Origin: a virus
IMG/VR virus record: IMGVR_UViG_3300017963_000024
Coordinates: 1-64,000 of that record
DNA: 64,000 bases
Direction: 5' to 3' (one strand)
This document shows positions 29,117-39,290 of the stretch, piece by piece (position 1 is the first letter of the stretch; every line of letters starts with the position of its first letter). The translations under genes and the position numbers were made by a program. Under the pieces are notes generated by a model, which saw only the letters and a list, made by a program, of their open reading frames with translations, made no database searches and was not told where the DNA came from.

Positions 29117-30986
29117 GTTTCTGGAATTGGAAAACTTCATGTGCTTCCAATCCCCCGTGAAGATACCGCTACGGGATCAGGGTTTGGTTGTCATCAAAGG
29201 TGACAACCAAGTCAGCAACGTTTCCGATGCGAACGGAGTTGGAAAGACGGTGGTGGCCGCTGATGGTTTGGCATGGGTTCTATACGGACAAACCCTTCGG
29301 GGCCTCAAGGCAGATGCCGTCATCAATCGCTTCTCTGGAAAGAAGACGTGCAAAGGCAAGCTAACGTTCGAGAGTGATGGTGAGTTGTGGAGGATCGTCC
29401 GTGAGCGCCCGCATCGAATCTATGTCGTCAATGGAAGCAATGAGGAATGGACGGGACCGGAAGCTGAAGAGGTCATCCAGCGAAAGATTGGCATTGGCTT
29501 CAAAACTTTCTGCAATGCCGTTGTGTTCGGTCAGGGTGCATTCGAGCGATTTGCCAAGGCCGATCAAGCAACGAAGCTTCGGATGTTCGATGAGATTCAA
29601 GGGGTGGACTTCAGAAAGATGAGGGAAGCCGCTGTTGCTCTCCGTTCCAAGATCGAGGCAGAGCAATCTATCGTTGAATCAAAGCTCCAATCGCTGCGAA
29701 GCACTGGAGTAGACCTTGCCGACGAGAAGGAACAACTCGAAAGGGAACGAGACGACTTCAAAGCGGCGCAGAAAAAACGGCTGGCAGCGCGTCGTAAGGC
29801 GGAGGAAGAAGCGTTGGACGAATACCTCCGGGCCAAGGAAGCTTTCGAGGAGTTCAAGGCAGAACAGGCTAAATTACCGGAATTACAGCGGAAAAAGGCA
29901 AAGCTTGAGAAGGCTGCTGAGATTCTGGACGAGATGAGAGACGAACTAAACTCCGCAGAGTCCGAGAAGCGGGTTATCGACACGATCATTGCCAACGAGT
30001 TGAAAAGCTTGGAAAAGCTTGTGGCAGAAGGAGTTTGTCCTACCTGCCGCCGGGAGGTGCTCGATAGGGGTGATGTGAATGTCGTGACGGAGGCTTTCGA
30101 GCGTGAGGTCGCACCCTCCATTGAAGCTCAGAAGGAAGCTGAGAAGACTATCACTAGGTGTGTAAAAGCTTTGAACAAGGCTCAAGCGAGGTACGACAAG
30201 GCTGTTGCCGACAGTGGGGGTGTGACTTCAATCGAGATCGCCCGCTTAGAGGCAAAGTACGATGACGATGCCGAGGACATCCGACGAAAACGTCTGAAGA
30301 CCCTCAAGGCCGCTGCGGAGAAAGCACGCGACGAGTACCAAAATACTGTAACAACTGATACTTGGGGCGGTGAGCAAGCTTTAGCTAGGATAGTAGAGAA
30401 GCAACTGAAGGTTGGCAAGGAACTCAAGAAGCGAGTGAAGGAAAACGATAAGCTTCAACTCAAGTACGACATGGCGGACTATTGGGTGGTTGCGTTTGGT
30501 GATCGTGGGATTCGCTCCCGATTCCTCATGTCTCAGGCCGACTTTCTCAATGCTCGACTGTTGCAGCATCTCGAAACGTTAGCGGGTAGCGAAGCCGAAG
30601 TGCTCCTCTCACCAGAGAGGACAACAGGAAAGGGGGCAACCAAGCAGCAATTCAACATTCAGACGAAGTGGAATTGGGGCGGAGAAACCTACGAATCAGA
30701 AAGTGGAGGTCAAGAACGTCGGGTAGACCTTGCAATCTTTCTGGCTCTTCAAGACTTGGCAGAGAAAACCTCCGCGTCCCCGTTTCCTCTCCGAATGTGG
30801 GACCAGCCAGAAGAGGGCTTGGATGCGACGGGGTTGGAGATGTTCGGTAGGTGGATGAAGGTCGAAGCTCGTCGCAGAGGAACAGGTTTTCTAATCACAC
30901 ACAATCCAATTTTGGCGGAGGCAGTACAGGCGGATCAGGAATGGACAGTGCAGCTAACAGAAGATGGAAGTCGCTTAGTGCTCTAA
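29103..30986 (+). CDS. sbcC: Rad50/SbcC-like ATPase
   Basis: LENFM, NGVGKT, FGQG, CPTC zinc hook, SGGQ signature, DQPEEGLD, ITH. Confidence 0.92.
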   Translation: MLAFEFLELENFMCFQSPVKIPLRDQGLVVIKGDNQVSNVSDANGVGKTVVAADGLAWVLYGQTLRGLKADAVINRFSGKKTCKGKLTFESDGELWRIVRERPHRIYVVNGSNEEWTGPEAEEVIQRKIGIGFKTFCNAVVFGQGAFERFAKADQATKLRMFDEIQGVDFRKMREAAVALRSKIEAEQSIVESKLQSLRSTGVDLADEKEQLERERDDFKAAQKKRLAARRKAEEEALDEYLRAKEAFEEFKAEQAKLPELQRKKAKLEKAAEILDEMRDELNSAESEKRVIDTIIANELKSLEKLVAEGVCPTCRREVLDRGDVNVVTEAFEREVAPSIEAQKEAEKTITRCVKALNKAQARYDKAVADSGGVTSIEIARLEAKYDDDAEDIRRKRLKTLKAAAEKARDEYQNTVTTDTWGGEQALARIVEKQLKVGKELKKRVKENDKLQLKYDMADYWVVAFGDRGIRSRFLMSQADFLNARLLQHLETLAGSEAEVLLSPERTTGKGATKQQFNIQTKWNWGGETYESESGGQERRVDLAIFLALQDLAEKTSASPFPLRMWDQPEEGLDATGLEMFGRWMKVEARRRGTGFLITHNPILAEAVQADQEWTVQLTEDGSRLVL

Positions 30987-31453
30987 CAACAGACAGTACC
31001 ATCGTCCAGCGAATGTCGAAAAAGATCAAGAAGGGACCCGGATGCTGGGAGTGGACTGGCTCAAAAACTTTGTGTGGCTACGGGCAAATTCGCTTTGAGG
31101 GAAGATTGGAATTGGCCCATCGTGTCATGTGGATATTGGTAAAGCTAAAGCGTATTCCAAAAAAGCTTTGTGTGATGCATTCTTGTGACAATCCCGGTTG
31201 TGTTCGTCCTACACACCTAAAGCTTGGAACACACGCTGAGAACTCGCTAGATATGAAAGAGAAAGGAAGAAGTGCTGTAATTAGAGGAGGTGACAGCCCG
31301 CGAGCAAAGCTTTCTTGGGATGATGCGTATGAGATTAGGCGACTGTGCTATAATGGATTGGCAAATCAGAAGCAGCTTGCAGAGCGATACGGTGTTACAC
31401 AGCCAACTATTTCTTACATTGTAAACAAGAAGCATTACGTGAGACAGACATAG
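30851..31453 (+). CDS. HNH homing endonuclease with HTH (true start probably near 31013)
   Basis: CWEWTG, GYG, AHRV, MHSCDNPGCVRPTHLKLGT, QKQLAERYGVTQPTIS. Confidence 0.88.
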   Translation: MDEGRSSSQRNRFSNHTQSNFGGGSTGGSGMDSAANRRWKSLSALTTDSTIVQRMSKKIKKGPGCWEWTGSKTLCGYGQIRFEGRLELAHRVMWILVKLKRIPKKLCVMHSCDNPGCVRPTHLKLGTHAENSLDMKEKGRSAVIRGGDSPRAKLSWDDAYEIRRLCYNGLANQKQLAERYGVTQPTISYIVNKKHYVRQT

Positions 31454-31477
31454 AGTGGCTAAAGAAAGGAATGTACG

Positions 31478-31867
31478 ATGACAATGTTTGCTTTCGTAAG
31501 AGGAAGTCACAGGGCACATGAGATTGCGGAGGACAAAGTTCACACCCGATGTGGACTCATCTTTGATGAGGTGCAGGATATTACCCCTTGTGCGGCGACC
31601 AAGTTTTGTAAGGAGTGCCCACGAGAGGATGCCGCTTTTCCACCCGAAGCTGATATTCCAGAAGAGGTCGAGGTGAAGGAGTCCTCCCGTCAAAACGAGA
31701 TCGAACAGAAGCTCGCTGCTCTAGATTCTCTCTTCCCTAACAATCCGTACTTCTGGAACGCGGCTCTGATGCTGGCCTTTGCAGAACCTCACCGATACGA
31801 TTTTCGTTGTGATACAGCCATTGCCTTCATCAACGAGGCCCGGAGGATGCGAAAACTCAAAGGGTGA
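31478..31867 (+). CDS. hypothetical protein
   Basis: ORF with a Cys/His cluster. Confidence 0.5.
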   Translation: MTMFAFVRGSHRAHEIAEDKVHTRCGLIFDEVQDITPCAATKFCKECPREDAAFPPEADIPEEVEVKESSRQNEIEQKLAALDSLFPNNPYFWNAALMLAFAEPHRYDFRCDTAIAFINEARRMRKLKG

Positions 31868-31920
31868 GAGGTCAAAGTTTTTTCTTTCAGCCCTAGACAG
31901 CCAAAGCTTGACTTGATAGA

Positions 31921-32526
31921 GTGAGCACAATGGAACACAGGTCACGGAGAGCCAAGGGAAGGCGGCTGCAAGTGAAGGTTGCCGAAGCTCTAGCTCGTGA
32001 ATACAGCTTGACGATTGAGGCTGCTCCGCCCAGCAAACCGGGGATCAGGAAGGGAGTCCGATACGTTCCAGAGGGTTCCAATCCTGATCTCCGGGTCCGC
32101 GTCGGGGGTCAGCCGGGTGAGGATGTTGCTTTGGTATCGAAGAAGGCTCAAGAGGCGTGTGCAATTGGTGGAGACAAGCTCTACATCGAGTGCAAAAATG
32201 CGGAGGCTTGGGACTTCGGAGCAAACTTTTGGAACAAAGGAGGAAGACTAGAGTTCATCATCAGAGCGTTGGAGCAATCAGAGAGAGGCTTGGAGAAAAG
32301 GAGGGGGTCTTGGATTCCTGTCGCTTTCTTCTCGAAGAACCACTGGCCGATCCTTGTGGCTTTCACAGCACGGGGAGGCGAGATCATTCGGATGAGGGAA
32401 GAGACTCCGATCTTGGTTGCATCGGGATTCATCGTTGTAACCCTCCCCGCCTTTCTCAAAACTCTGGATGGGAGGAGTCTCAATGAAGACCAAAAAGAAA
32501 AAGGCATCCAGTGCCTCACCGACTAA
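31921..32526 (+). CDS. PD-(D/E)XK nuclease, Holliday junction resolvase-like
   Basis: SRRAKGRRLQ, GQPGEDV, IECKNAE. Confidence 0.75.
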   Translation: MSTMEHRSRRAKGRRLQVKVAEALAREYSLTIEAAPPSKPGIRKGVRYVPEGSNPDLRVRVGGQPGEDVALVSKKAQEACAIGGDKLYIECKNAEAWDFGANFWNKGGRLEFIIRALEQSERGLEKRRGSWIPVAFFSKNHWPILVAFTARGGEIIRMREETPILVASGFIVVTLPAFLKTLDGRSLNEDQKEKGIQCLTD

Positions 32527-32920
32527 GAGGCAACCCCCGAAGAAGAGAGAAGTAGCGAAGGGATCAAGTCAGCCCAAGGGCAACTACTACGCACAGATCA
32601 CTGATGAGAAGACAGGAGTTGAGCGGAAGGCCCAGTTCCAGTACGTCGAGGATCGAGATGTGTGGTTCCTTGCTTGGGGCATCAGAGACGCGCTGGAGAC
32701 GAAGGACAAAAAGTACCTCCGTGAATGTATCACGCTCCTCAAGAAGATTCCGGTGCTGCACTGATGGAAACTTTGAGAGAATTGGTGAGGCTAATCGTGC
32801 GGGAGTCGGCTTGGTGGCTTGTCGTCCTCTTCTGTGCCTACCAGCTTGGTTACATGACTGCCGTGAATCGAATGAGGGGAGCGGTCTTGGAAGAGCAGAT
32901 GGTGGATAGCGAGGTCTACA

Positions 32921-33475
32921 GTGGCAGTGTTCAAAAGGAAAAACCGGGCAAGTCTCTCTGCGAACCAAAGCGTTCAAGACCGATTTCTAGCCAAGGTCAG
33001 CAAAGAATCTAGGGAAGATGGTTGCTGGATTTGGACAGCGTCAATCCGAACGGATGGCTACGGTCAGTTTGGTTGGAAGGGGCGGATCATCGGTGCTCAC
33101 AAGTTTTCGTATATGCTCTTCGTTGGTGACGTTCCCGATCCACTTGTGGTGTGCCACAGATGCGACAATCAACTCTGCGTGAACCCGGACCACCTGTTTC
33201 TCGATACTCAGTCAGAAAACGTTTGGGATATGCGGAGAAAAAATAGGAACTTCAGGGCGACGGGTAACATGAACGGCATGAGACGACGACCAGACCGCGT
33301 GGCGAAAGGAGAAAAGCATGGACAGGCCAAGCTGACAAGAGAGACTGTGAAGGCGATCAAGCGTTTTGCAAAGCTTGGGTGGAAGCCGAAGGAGATAGCG
33401 GATCACTTCGGAGTCGGCCCCTCAACTATTCGTGATGTCCTCACGGGTAAGACATGGAAAGGAGACACAGCATGA
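32921..33475 (+). CDS. HNH homing endonuclease with HTH
   Basis: CWIWT, DGYGQF, VCHRCDNQLCVNPDHLFLDTQSEN, IADHFGVGPSTI. Confidence 0.9.
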   Translation: MAVFKRKNRASLSANQSVQDRFLAKVSKESREDGCWIWTASIRTDGYGQFGWKGRIIGAHKFSYMLFVGDVPDPLVVCHRCDNQLCVNPDHLFLDTQSENVWDMRRKNRNFRATGNMNGMRRRPDRVAKGEKHGQAKLTRETVKAIKRFAKLGWKPKEIADHFGVGPSTIRDVLTGKTWKGDTA

Positions 33476-33945
33476 AGATGAAAAAGCGAAAGAAGAAGAT
33501 CGGACTGGTCAACGCACTTGGCGGTGGCTCGGATAAGCCCAAGAAGAAAAAGAAGCAGGTCGAGGAAGCTGCCATCGAAGAGAAGCCCAAGAAGAAAAAG
33601 AAGCTGAAGAAGACGAAGAAGACGAAGAAGGGCAAGAAGGACCTCGCTGAACTGAAAGATAAGGTCAAGGCCGAACGTAAGAAGCCGAAGGGCCGCACCA
33701 TTGAGTTTCTCGATCTGAAGGTGGAGTACGATGTCGAGATTCCAGCCAAGGGCCGCCCGTCCTTGAAACGGATTCCGTTCGACAAGCTGAACAAGAAGAA
33801 CGCTTCTTTCTTCATTCCGTTCGAGGAGATGGCTCCTTCACAGGTCAACTCTGCCGTGGGTCAGGAAAATCTCCGTGCCGAAGGGAAGCGCAAGTACATC
33901 TACCGTTCGGTCGAAGGTGGCTCACGAGTCTTCCGAATCGACTAG
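33472..33945 (+). CDS. lysine-rich basic protein, possibly DNA-binding
   Basis: K-rich N-terminal half, globular C-terminus YRSVEGGSRVFRID. Confidence 0.55.
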   Translation: MKMKKRKKKIGLVNALGGGSDKPKKKKKQVEEAAIEEKPKKKKKLKKTKKTKKGKKDLAELKDKVKAERKKPKGRTIEFLDLKVEYDVEIPAKGRPSLKRIPFDKLNKKNASFFIPFEEMAPSQVNSAVGQENLRAEGKRKYIYRSVEGGSRVFRID

Positions 33946-34536
33946 AATGGCTGGTGTTTTTTCGAGAGACTACGGCTCGCACGTTGCAAAGTTTGAGGAC
34001 GTGCGGGCCACAGGGCAGACGATGGGGGGTGCTCTGATTTGTGAGATCAACGGCAAGTCGGAGTTCATCCCCCAAGGCTGTATTGACGACACCAGCGAGG
34101 TTTGGGAACCGGGGCACGAGGGGACGCTTGTGATTTGGGAGAAGATCGCAATCGAAAAAGGTCTGGTGTAGAATGTGTTCCCATGAAGCTTGCGACGAAG
34201 AGGTGGTTGCTGGCGGCTCTTGACGACATTCAAAAGCTTTCAGATGAGTTTGCGAATGACCCACGGGGAGTCGCTGATGCGTTATGGGAAGTGGGCTTTG
34301 AGGTGGAACAGGAACTAGCTTCAATGGATGGGCTACTGCCCAACGAAAGGAGTGATAATGAAGACAAGGCGAGTAACGGTGACGATGGAGATCGAGACTG
34401 ACATCCCTCTGAGTGATCTTCGCAAGAAGGCGAACTGGCATACTGATGTGTGCCGAAGAGGAGAGCGAGTAGCTGAACCTGTGGATGTGAAGCAAGTCAC
34501 GGTTCAGGTCGCCGCCAACTGACAAGCTTCGGTGTA

Positions 34537-34695
34537 CCTGCGGGCTAGGCCAGCACATTGTTTAACCGTGAATAGAATACAGGCACTCATCCTCGTTGTC
34601 AGCGCAAAGAGCACGAGTAGCCTTTTTTCTTTTCCCTTAGACGATGTCGTGCGAAGTGTCCGCAGGAAACGGGCCGGGTTGCTGGTCCCCGGCCC
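34537..34695 (+). ncRNA. candidate structured RNA (rod with central bubble, then a GC hairpin)
   Basis: CCTGCGGGC/GTCCGCAGG, ATTGTTTAA/TTAGACGAT and CTCGT/ACGAG pairings in a ~200-nt intergenic gap. Confidence 0.35.
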
Positions 34696-35142
34696 ACCCT
34701 TTGCAGATTCACGAGAAGGGGCGGTATGGAGGATAGAGCTTTCAACAATGTCTGGTTACTGCCTGAACTCTGGAGAGCGTTAATCTCAGGTGTATGCTTT
34801 GCTGAGAACCAATCCAGCAATAGGCGGTATGATTACTCCGGTCTACTCCAAGCTTTGCTTCTCCTCGATCAGATGCGGGAGGACGACGACATCATCGAGA
34901 TTCGCCTACTCAAGCCAGATGAGATCGGACTGAATGGGGAGGACTTGGGGTTGAACACGGAAGCTGTGACCGAGGTGCTGAGAGAAAAGCGGGTCATCAA
35001 CGTAAGACAACTTAGGCAGTTGCGGAGGAGGGCTGGATGAGGACGTTCAACGTTTACGTTACATCACCCAATGGGGCAGGGCGGTTTTTCTCCGTTCCTG
35101 CCCCGTTCACTTTGAAGGGCAGAGCTAGAAAGGGGGAGCGAA

Positions 35143-35322
35143 ATGAGAGTCAATCTAGGAACCATCGACATCAGCGACAAAGCACGAAAGGCGATCACAC
35201 GGCACCTGACCGATGGTAGGCGGGGCAGCTTGGCTGGCCGTGCCGAAGTCAAGGAAATCTTCCAGAAGGCGGGGAAGAAAGCCATCAAGAAGATGGTGAA
35301 GGAGTGGAGTGGGAGCGACTGA
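35143..35322 (+). CDS. 59-aa hypothetical protein (not in the ORF track), paralog of 37053..37304
   Basis: GGGGGAGCGAAATG SD; IDISDKARKAITRH...LAGRAEVKEIF versus IDVDDRVRRALRAY...LASREEVRHFY. Confidence 0.6.
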   Translation: MRVNLGTIDISDKARKAITRHLTDGRRGSLAGRAEVKEIFQKAGKKAIKKMVKEWSGSD

Positions 35323-35729
35323 TGCAAACGTTCCTCCCGTATGCCGACTTCGATCAGACTGCAAAGTGTTTGGACTTTCGTAGACTCGGCAAGCAGCGTG
35401 TTGAGGCAATGCAGATTCTCAAAGCATTGTGCTTCCCCGGCACGAGTCGGTGGGAACATCATCCCGCAGTGAAGATGTGGAGTGGTTGTGAAGAAGCCTT
35501 GGCCCTCTACTACAACACCATTGTACGTGAGTGGGTGCGGAGGGGATACAGAAACACGATGCCTTCCCTGTTGCTGGAGGACATCGTTCTTCCCTCTTGG
35601 CTGGGGAGCGAAAGTTTTCACGCAAGCCACCGATCAAACTTGCTGCGGAAAGACCCTGAGTGGTACGGACAGTTTGGATGGGATGAGCCTTCGGACTTGC
35701 CGTACATCTGGCCGAAGGGGGAGCGATGA
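35322..35729 (+). CDS. pyrimidine-dimer DNA glycosylase / endonuclease V family (MSMEG_6728-like)
   Basis: MQTFLPY, LDFRRLGKQRVEAMQIL, HPAVKMW, HASHRSNLLRKDP, LPYIWP. Confidence 0.9.
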   Translation: MQTFLPYADFDQTAKCLDFRRLGKQRVEAMQILKALCFPGTSRWEHHPAVKMWSGCEEALALYYNTIVREWVRRGYRNTMPSLLLEDIVLPSWLGSESFHASHRSNLLRKDPEWYGQFGWDEPSDLPYIWPKGER

Positions 35730-36211
35730 GAGCAATCACTCAAGAGGAGTTCGACAAACTTGAGTGCAACCAGTGTGGGGATTGTTGTGAACGTTTCTAC
35801 CTTCCCCTCCCAACAAAACTTTGGTCTGGTTGTCAGTGGCCGCTCGATCACTACAACTGGTCCGAAGAAGAAAAGGTAGAAGCCCGGAAGATGGCGATGT
35901 GGGTGTCTTTCGGAGTGGAGCCACTGGATGAACCGTTCACCGAGCGAAATAGGATGTCCTGCAAGTGCAACTGGTTCAGACGGATCACTCCAGACTACGG
36001 TGTCTGTACTCGCTACGAGGATCGCCCAAAAACGTGTTCAAGCTTTCCTCTCCACTGTACCATTGGGGATGAATTTCCCCGCTGCGTCTACAAAGTTTTC
36101 TCAGAAGAGGAGCAAACCAGTGACGACGAAGGCGAGGAGAAATTCGAGAAAGACAGAGAAGAAGCTGAAGTCACGCAAGAACCGATTACTGTCGAAGGAG
36201 GAGCGAAATGA
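35726..36211 (+). CDS. YkgJ-like Cys-cluster protein
   Basis: CNQCGDCC...C...CTRYEDRPKTCSSFP. Confidence 0.75.
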   Translation: MRAITQEEFDKLECNQCGDCCERFYLPLPTKLWSGCQWPLDHYNWSEEEKVEARKMAMWVSFGVEPLDEPFTERNRMSCKCNWFRRITPDYGVCTRYEDRPKTCSSFPLHCTIGDEFPRCVYKVFSEEEQTSDDEGEEKFEKDREEAEVTQEPITVEGGAK

Positions 36212-36660
36212 ATGTGTTGGTGTGTGGATCGAGGACATGGACCGACCGGGAGAGAATGAAGAGCGTGCTTGAAAAACTCCGTGAAGAGTTCGAGGGGGAA
36301 ATCCACCTCATCGTGGGGGGAGCGCGTGGAGCAGACGAGAGGGCTTGTCTGCTGGCAGAGGAACTTGGGTACACCTACGAGAACTACTACGCACAGTGGG
36401 ACCGCTACGGAAGGTCTGCTGGCCCGATCAGGAACAAGAAGATGGTGGACATCCTCGTTGAGGAGGGCGGCAAGCTTGTCCTTGCCTTCTTCGGCCCCGG
36501 CCCCTGCAAGGGAACGTGGAACACCGTCAAGTACGCCCGAACGAAGGAACTCACCGTCAGGGGGTTCCCGCAGGAAGGAATCTCCGTTGGCTTCAGCACA
36601 GAGGAGGACCATGATGGGAAAGGAAGTCGAGAAGTATCGACCAGTGTGGAAGGCAAGTAG
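36208..36660 (+). CDS. SLOG family (DUF2493/YspA-like) protein
   Basis: VLVCGSR, GGARGAD, WDRYGRSAGPIRNKKM, KGTWNTV. Confidence 0.88.
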   Translation: MNVLVCGSRTWTDRERMKSVLEKLREEFEGEIHLIVGGARGADERACLLAEELGYTYENYYAQWDRYGRSAGPIRNKKMVDILVEEGGKLVLAFFGPGPCKGTWNTVKYARTKELTVRGFPQEGISVGFSTEEDHDGKGSREVSTSVEGK

Positions 36661-37052
36661 TGCGGGAGGACTCCACTACTACGGAGCGTGGTTGAAAGCT
36701 TGGACCTTCGATGAGATGTGGCGGTGTGAGCACAGGCACAGAACCAGAGAAGAAGCTCTGGCCTGTGCAATGAAGTGGAAGCCGGGAAAGGCGGATGGAT
36801 GACGTACAAACTTTGGTGCTGCTGTGATGGAAGGTTCAAGTTGTGGTGGAGGCGAATCCAGAAAGTTTTAAAGGAAACCTACGGAGGAAAGAGGGGCTAC
36901 CAAGTGGTCAGCGTCGAGGAGTCCGAAGTCCCTCTGGAAGTCTTCGACCGGAGAAGAAGACTGGCAGGATTCGCTGGCCGGGGTAGATGCTCGTTCTGTG
37001 GGAGCAGGGACCCCCGGTACGAAGTCAAGCTTGAAATAGAAAGGAGGAGCGA

Positions 37053-37304
37053 ATGAAGGTGACGTTCTCAATCGACGTGGACGACCGGGTCAGGAGGGCA
37101 CTCCGCGCCTACCGAGGAAAGAGAGGGCTTGCCTCCCGTGAAGAGGTCAGGCATTTCTATATCAGCCACGGAGGAGCGGTCCTCGATGACGTGATGTGGG
37201 AATTTGAGAGGGGGGAGCGGTCTGATGAGGAAGAGGAGAGCGATAAAAAAGCAGAGGGGGGCGGGTCCTCCGATACCGTCAGCCCGCCAAGCCAGCATCT
37301 TTGA
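37053..37304 (+). CDS. hypothetical protein
   Basis: strong SD; paralog of 35143..35322. Confidence 0.55.
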   Translation: MKVTFSIDVDDRVRRALRAYRGKRGLASREEVRHFYISHGGAVLDDVMWEFERGERSDEEEESDKKAEGGGSSDTVSPPSQHL

Positions 37305-37734
37305 AATCTACCGTGGAACCAACTCAGCCCTGACCAATCTGGTAGCCTCAGAAAGAGATCCGATTTTCATCCCCGGCGGGGTAAAAGACTCCACCCCGCC
37401 AGCTTTCAAATCCCCGGAAAAGAGGCTCATGGCTGCAATCCTAGAAGCAGCCCTAGACGACCTCCGCAAGAAACCCACCTACCTATCCAGCCACACCCCC
37501 GACGAGAGACAGAGAAAGAACCGTCTAATTCGCTTGAAAAACAATGCGATAGACTGGTTCGAGGACGATGACGACACCTACGTCTTCTCCTTCCCCTCAG
37601 TCACACAAACGCTCTTCTCAGCCCACCCAGCTTCCATTCGAGAAGCCCTGAGAGCGTCCCACCTCCTTGAAAAAGAATCACCAGAAATCCCCCGTCAATC
37701 ACCCAAGAGAATCAAAAAGCCCGCCCACAAGTAA
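37225..37734 (+). CDS. hypothetical protein
   Basis: PEKRLMAAILEAALDD...AIDWF...YVFSF, a recurrent motif in small deltaproteobacterial-type proteins. Confidence 0.55.
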   Translation: MRKRRAIKKQRGAGPPIPSARQASIFEIYRGTNSALTNLVASERDPIFIPGGVKDSTPPAFKSPEKRLMAAILEAALDDLRKKPTYLSSHTPDERQRKNRLIRLKNNAIDWFEDDDDTYVFSFPSVTQTLFSAHPASIREALRASHLLEKESPEIPRQSPKRIKKPAHK

Positions 37735-37951
37735 TTCCCCGCCTGTTATATGTAAGGGGTAGATTCAAACTACCCCTCCCACCTGATTCAAAAACACCCT
37801 CAAAGATTTCAGGACAGAAAATCCAGCAAAAACAACGGGAAGCGATTCCACACAACCCAAAACAAACGGGGAGAGTTGTGAAAAAGCGGCCCTACCGATT
37901 CCAAAAACCTTCAGGGGGACACATCGCTGAAAAAGGGGGTAATCTCGCCTT

Positions 37952-38003
37952 CAAAAGGTCCTAGAGGGGGTAATCCACCCTACAAAAGGTCCTAGAGGGG
38001 GTA
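37952..38003. repeat. 21-bp direct repeat, two copies
   Basis: CAAAAGGTCCTAGAGGGGGTA at 37952 and 37983. Confidence 0.85.
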
Positions 38004-38117
38004 CACGCTTGAATGAAGTATCAATACTCGCTCGTGTGAGCACTGCGGTTGCAATACTCGTGAGTATTCGCACCGCTCACGGAGCGGCGTTCCTTATATA
38101 GACAGAAACCCATAGCA

Positions 38118-38229
38118 GCCCTCCTACGGTGCGAATACTCGTGAGTATTCGTGCCCTCCTACGGTGCGAATACTCGTGAGTATTCGTGCCCTCCTACGGT
38201 GCGAATACTCGTGAGTATTCGTGCCCTCC
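38118..38229. repeat. 35-bp tandem repeat (3 copies plus a partial) with palindromic core
   Basis: GCCCTCCTACGGTGCGAATACTCGTGAGTATTCGT at 38118, 38153 and 38188; another core copy near 38053. Confidence 0.95.
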
Positions 38230-38241
38230 CCCGCCCCCAAC

Positions 38242-38270
38242 TTGACAAAGCTTTGATAATGTGAGACAAT
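38242..38270 (+). promoter_or_regulatory. sigma70 promoter with AAGCTT in the spacer
   Basis: TTGACA-AAGCTTTGATAATGTGA-GACAAT. Confidence 0.75.
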
Positions 38271-38324
38271 ATGACCGTGGAAAAAGCCCATTCTAACGGT
38301 CACAGACCAGAAAGGAGGAACAGA

Positions 38325-38606
38325 ATGGCGGTATCGAAATCATTGGAGGAGCAGTTGGCGGCTTTGACTGGAAAAGGGGGCAATACGAAGAAAGCCCCTG
38401 CCAAGAAGAAGGGGGGCCGCCCCAAGAAGACCGAGGCGGAAAAGATCGTGGAGAAGGTCCTGAAAAAGGGTCCGAAGTGCAACTTCTGCGGGCGTCCTGC
38501 CACGGTCGAAGTTCTCATCGCTGAACTGGACGGTAGCCATGTGAAATCGGTGATGCTCTGCAAGGGCTGCACGGGGAAGCGCATGAACTTCAGGAAGGAG
38601 GGGTAA
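38325..38606 (+). CDS. small basic Zn-finger protein
   Basis: CNFC...CKGC; AAAGGAGG SD. Confidence 0.65.
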   Translation: MAVSKSLEEQLAALTGKGGNTKKAPAKKKGGRPKKTEAEKIVEKVLKKGPKCNFCGRPATVEVLIAELDGSHVKSVMLCKGCTGKRMNFRKEG

Positions 38607-38607
38607 G

Positions 38608-39093
38608 ATGGTGGCGAAGAGCACGTTCGTTTCCCCGATTCGGTTCACAGAAACGTGGGAGCGGCTAACCGAGAAACAGAGGGAGTTCGTTCTGGATGCT
38701 TTCGATGGTACTTCACAGGACGAACTGGTGGACGCGCTCACACGCATCGACACGATCATCGTCTACCACGGAATGCTCAAGGACGCGGAGGAGCACGAGA
38801 GGAACATGGACCCGAAACGCGGCACAGAGGATGAGGACTGCACCTGTCCACAGTGTCGCGGGTTTGGGCACGATGACAGGATCGTGGTCGATCTCCAGAA
38901 GGAGAAAGCCACAACGGGGACGCTCATCTGTGAGCTACTCCAAACCTTCATCGACGATGTTCCCCGTAGCGAGATCCTCGATGCAATCCACAGACTCCGG
39001 GTGTGGGTCGAGCGGCATCCGGGTGTCAGCCCTGACATTCGTAATCTGAAATGCTCCGCTCCAGACTACGAACTCTTCGAGGTTTGTCCGTGA
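38608..39093 (+). CDS. hypothetical protein
   Basis: AAGGAGG SD; CTCPQC. Confidence 0.55.
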   Translation: MVAKSTFVSPIRFTETWERLTEKQREFVLDAFDGTSQDELVDALTRIDTIIVYHGMLKDAEEHERNMDPKRGTEDEDCTCPQCRGFGHDDRIVVDLQKEKATTGTLICELLQTFIDDVPRSEILDAIHRLRVWVERHPGVSPDIRNLKCSAPDYELFEVCP

Positions 39094-39290
39094 GTACGCT
39101 CAAGCAACTCAGGAAGGTGCGTAACAAAGCTTACCGGCTGTCGATCATACTCGGGGATGTGATCGCAATCCTCAACGGGACTTACATCAAGCGTGTGATG
39201 AGAAAGCACGCGCTGAAGCGGGCCGGTAGAGCAACGATGTGGGGCATCCCCGTTTCAAAGCTGAAAGGAAAAAGGAGGAAGCGCAGATGA
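39090..39290 (+). CDS. small basic protein, paralog of 45722..45892
   Basis: KAYRLSIILGDVIAILNGTYIKRVMRKHALK. Confidence 0.55.
   Translation: MSTLKQLRKVRNKAYRLSIILGDVIAILNGTYIKRVMRKHALKRAGRATMWGIPVSKLKGKRRKRR

Noticed and set aside
14446-33475. Three HNH genes as a novel system
   Set aside because: Free-standing HNH endonucleases with C-terminal HTH are common in phage replication regions.
38118-38229. CRISPR array
   Set aside because: Units are exact 35-bp tandem copies with no unique spacers, and no cas genes are present.
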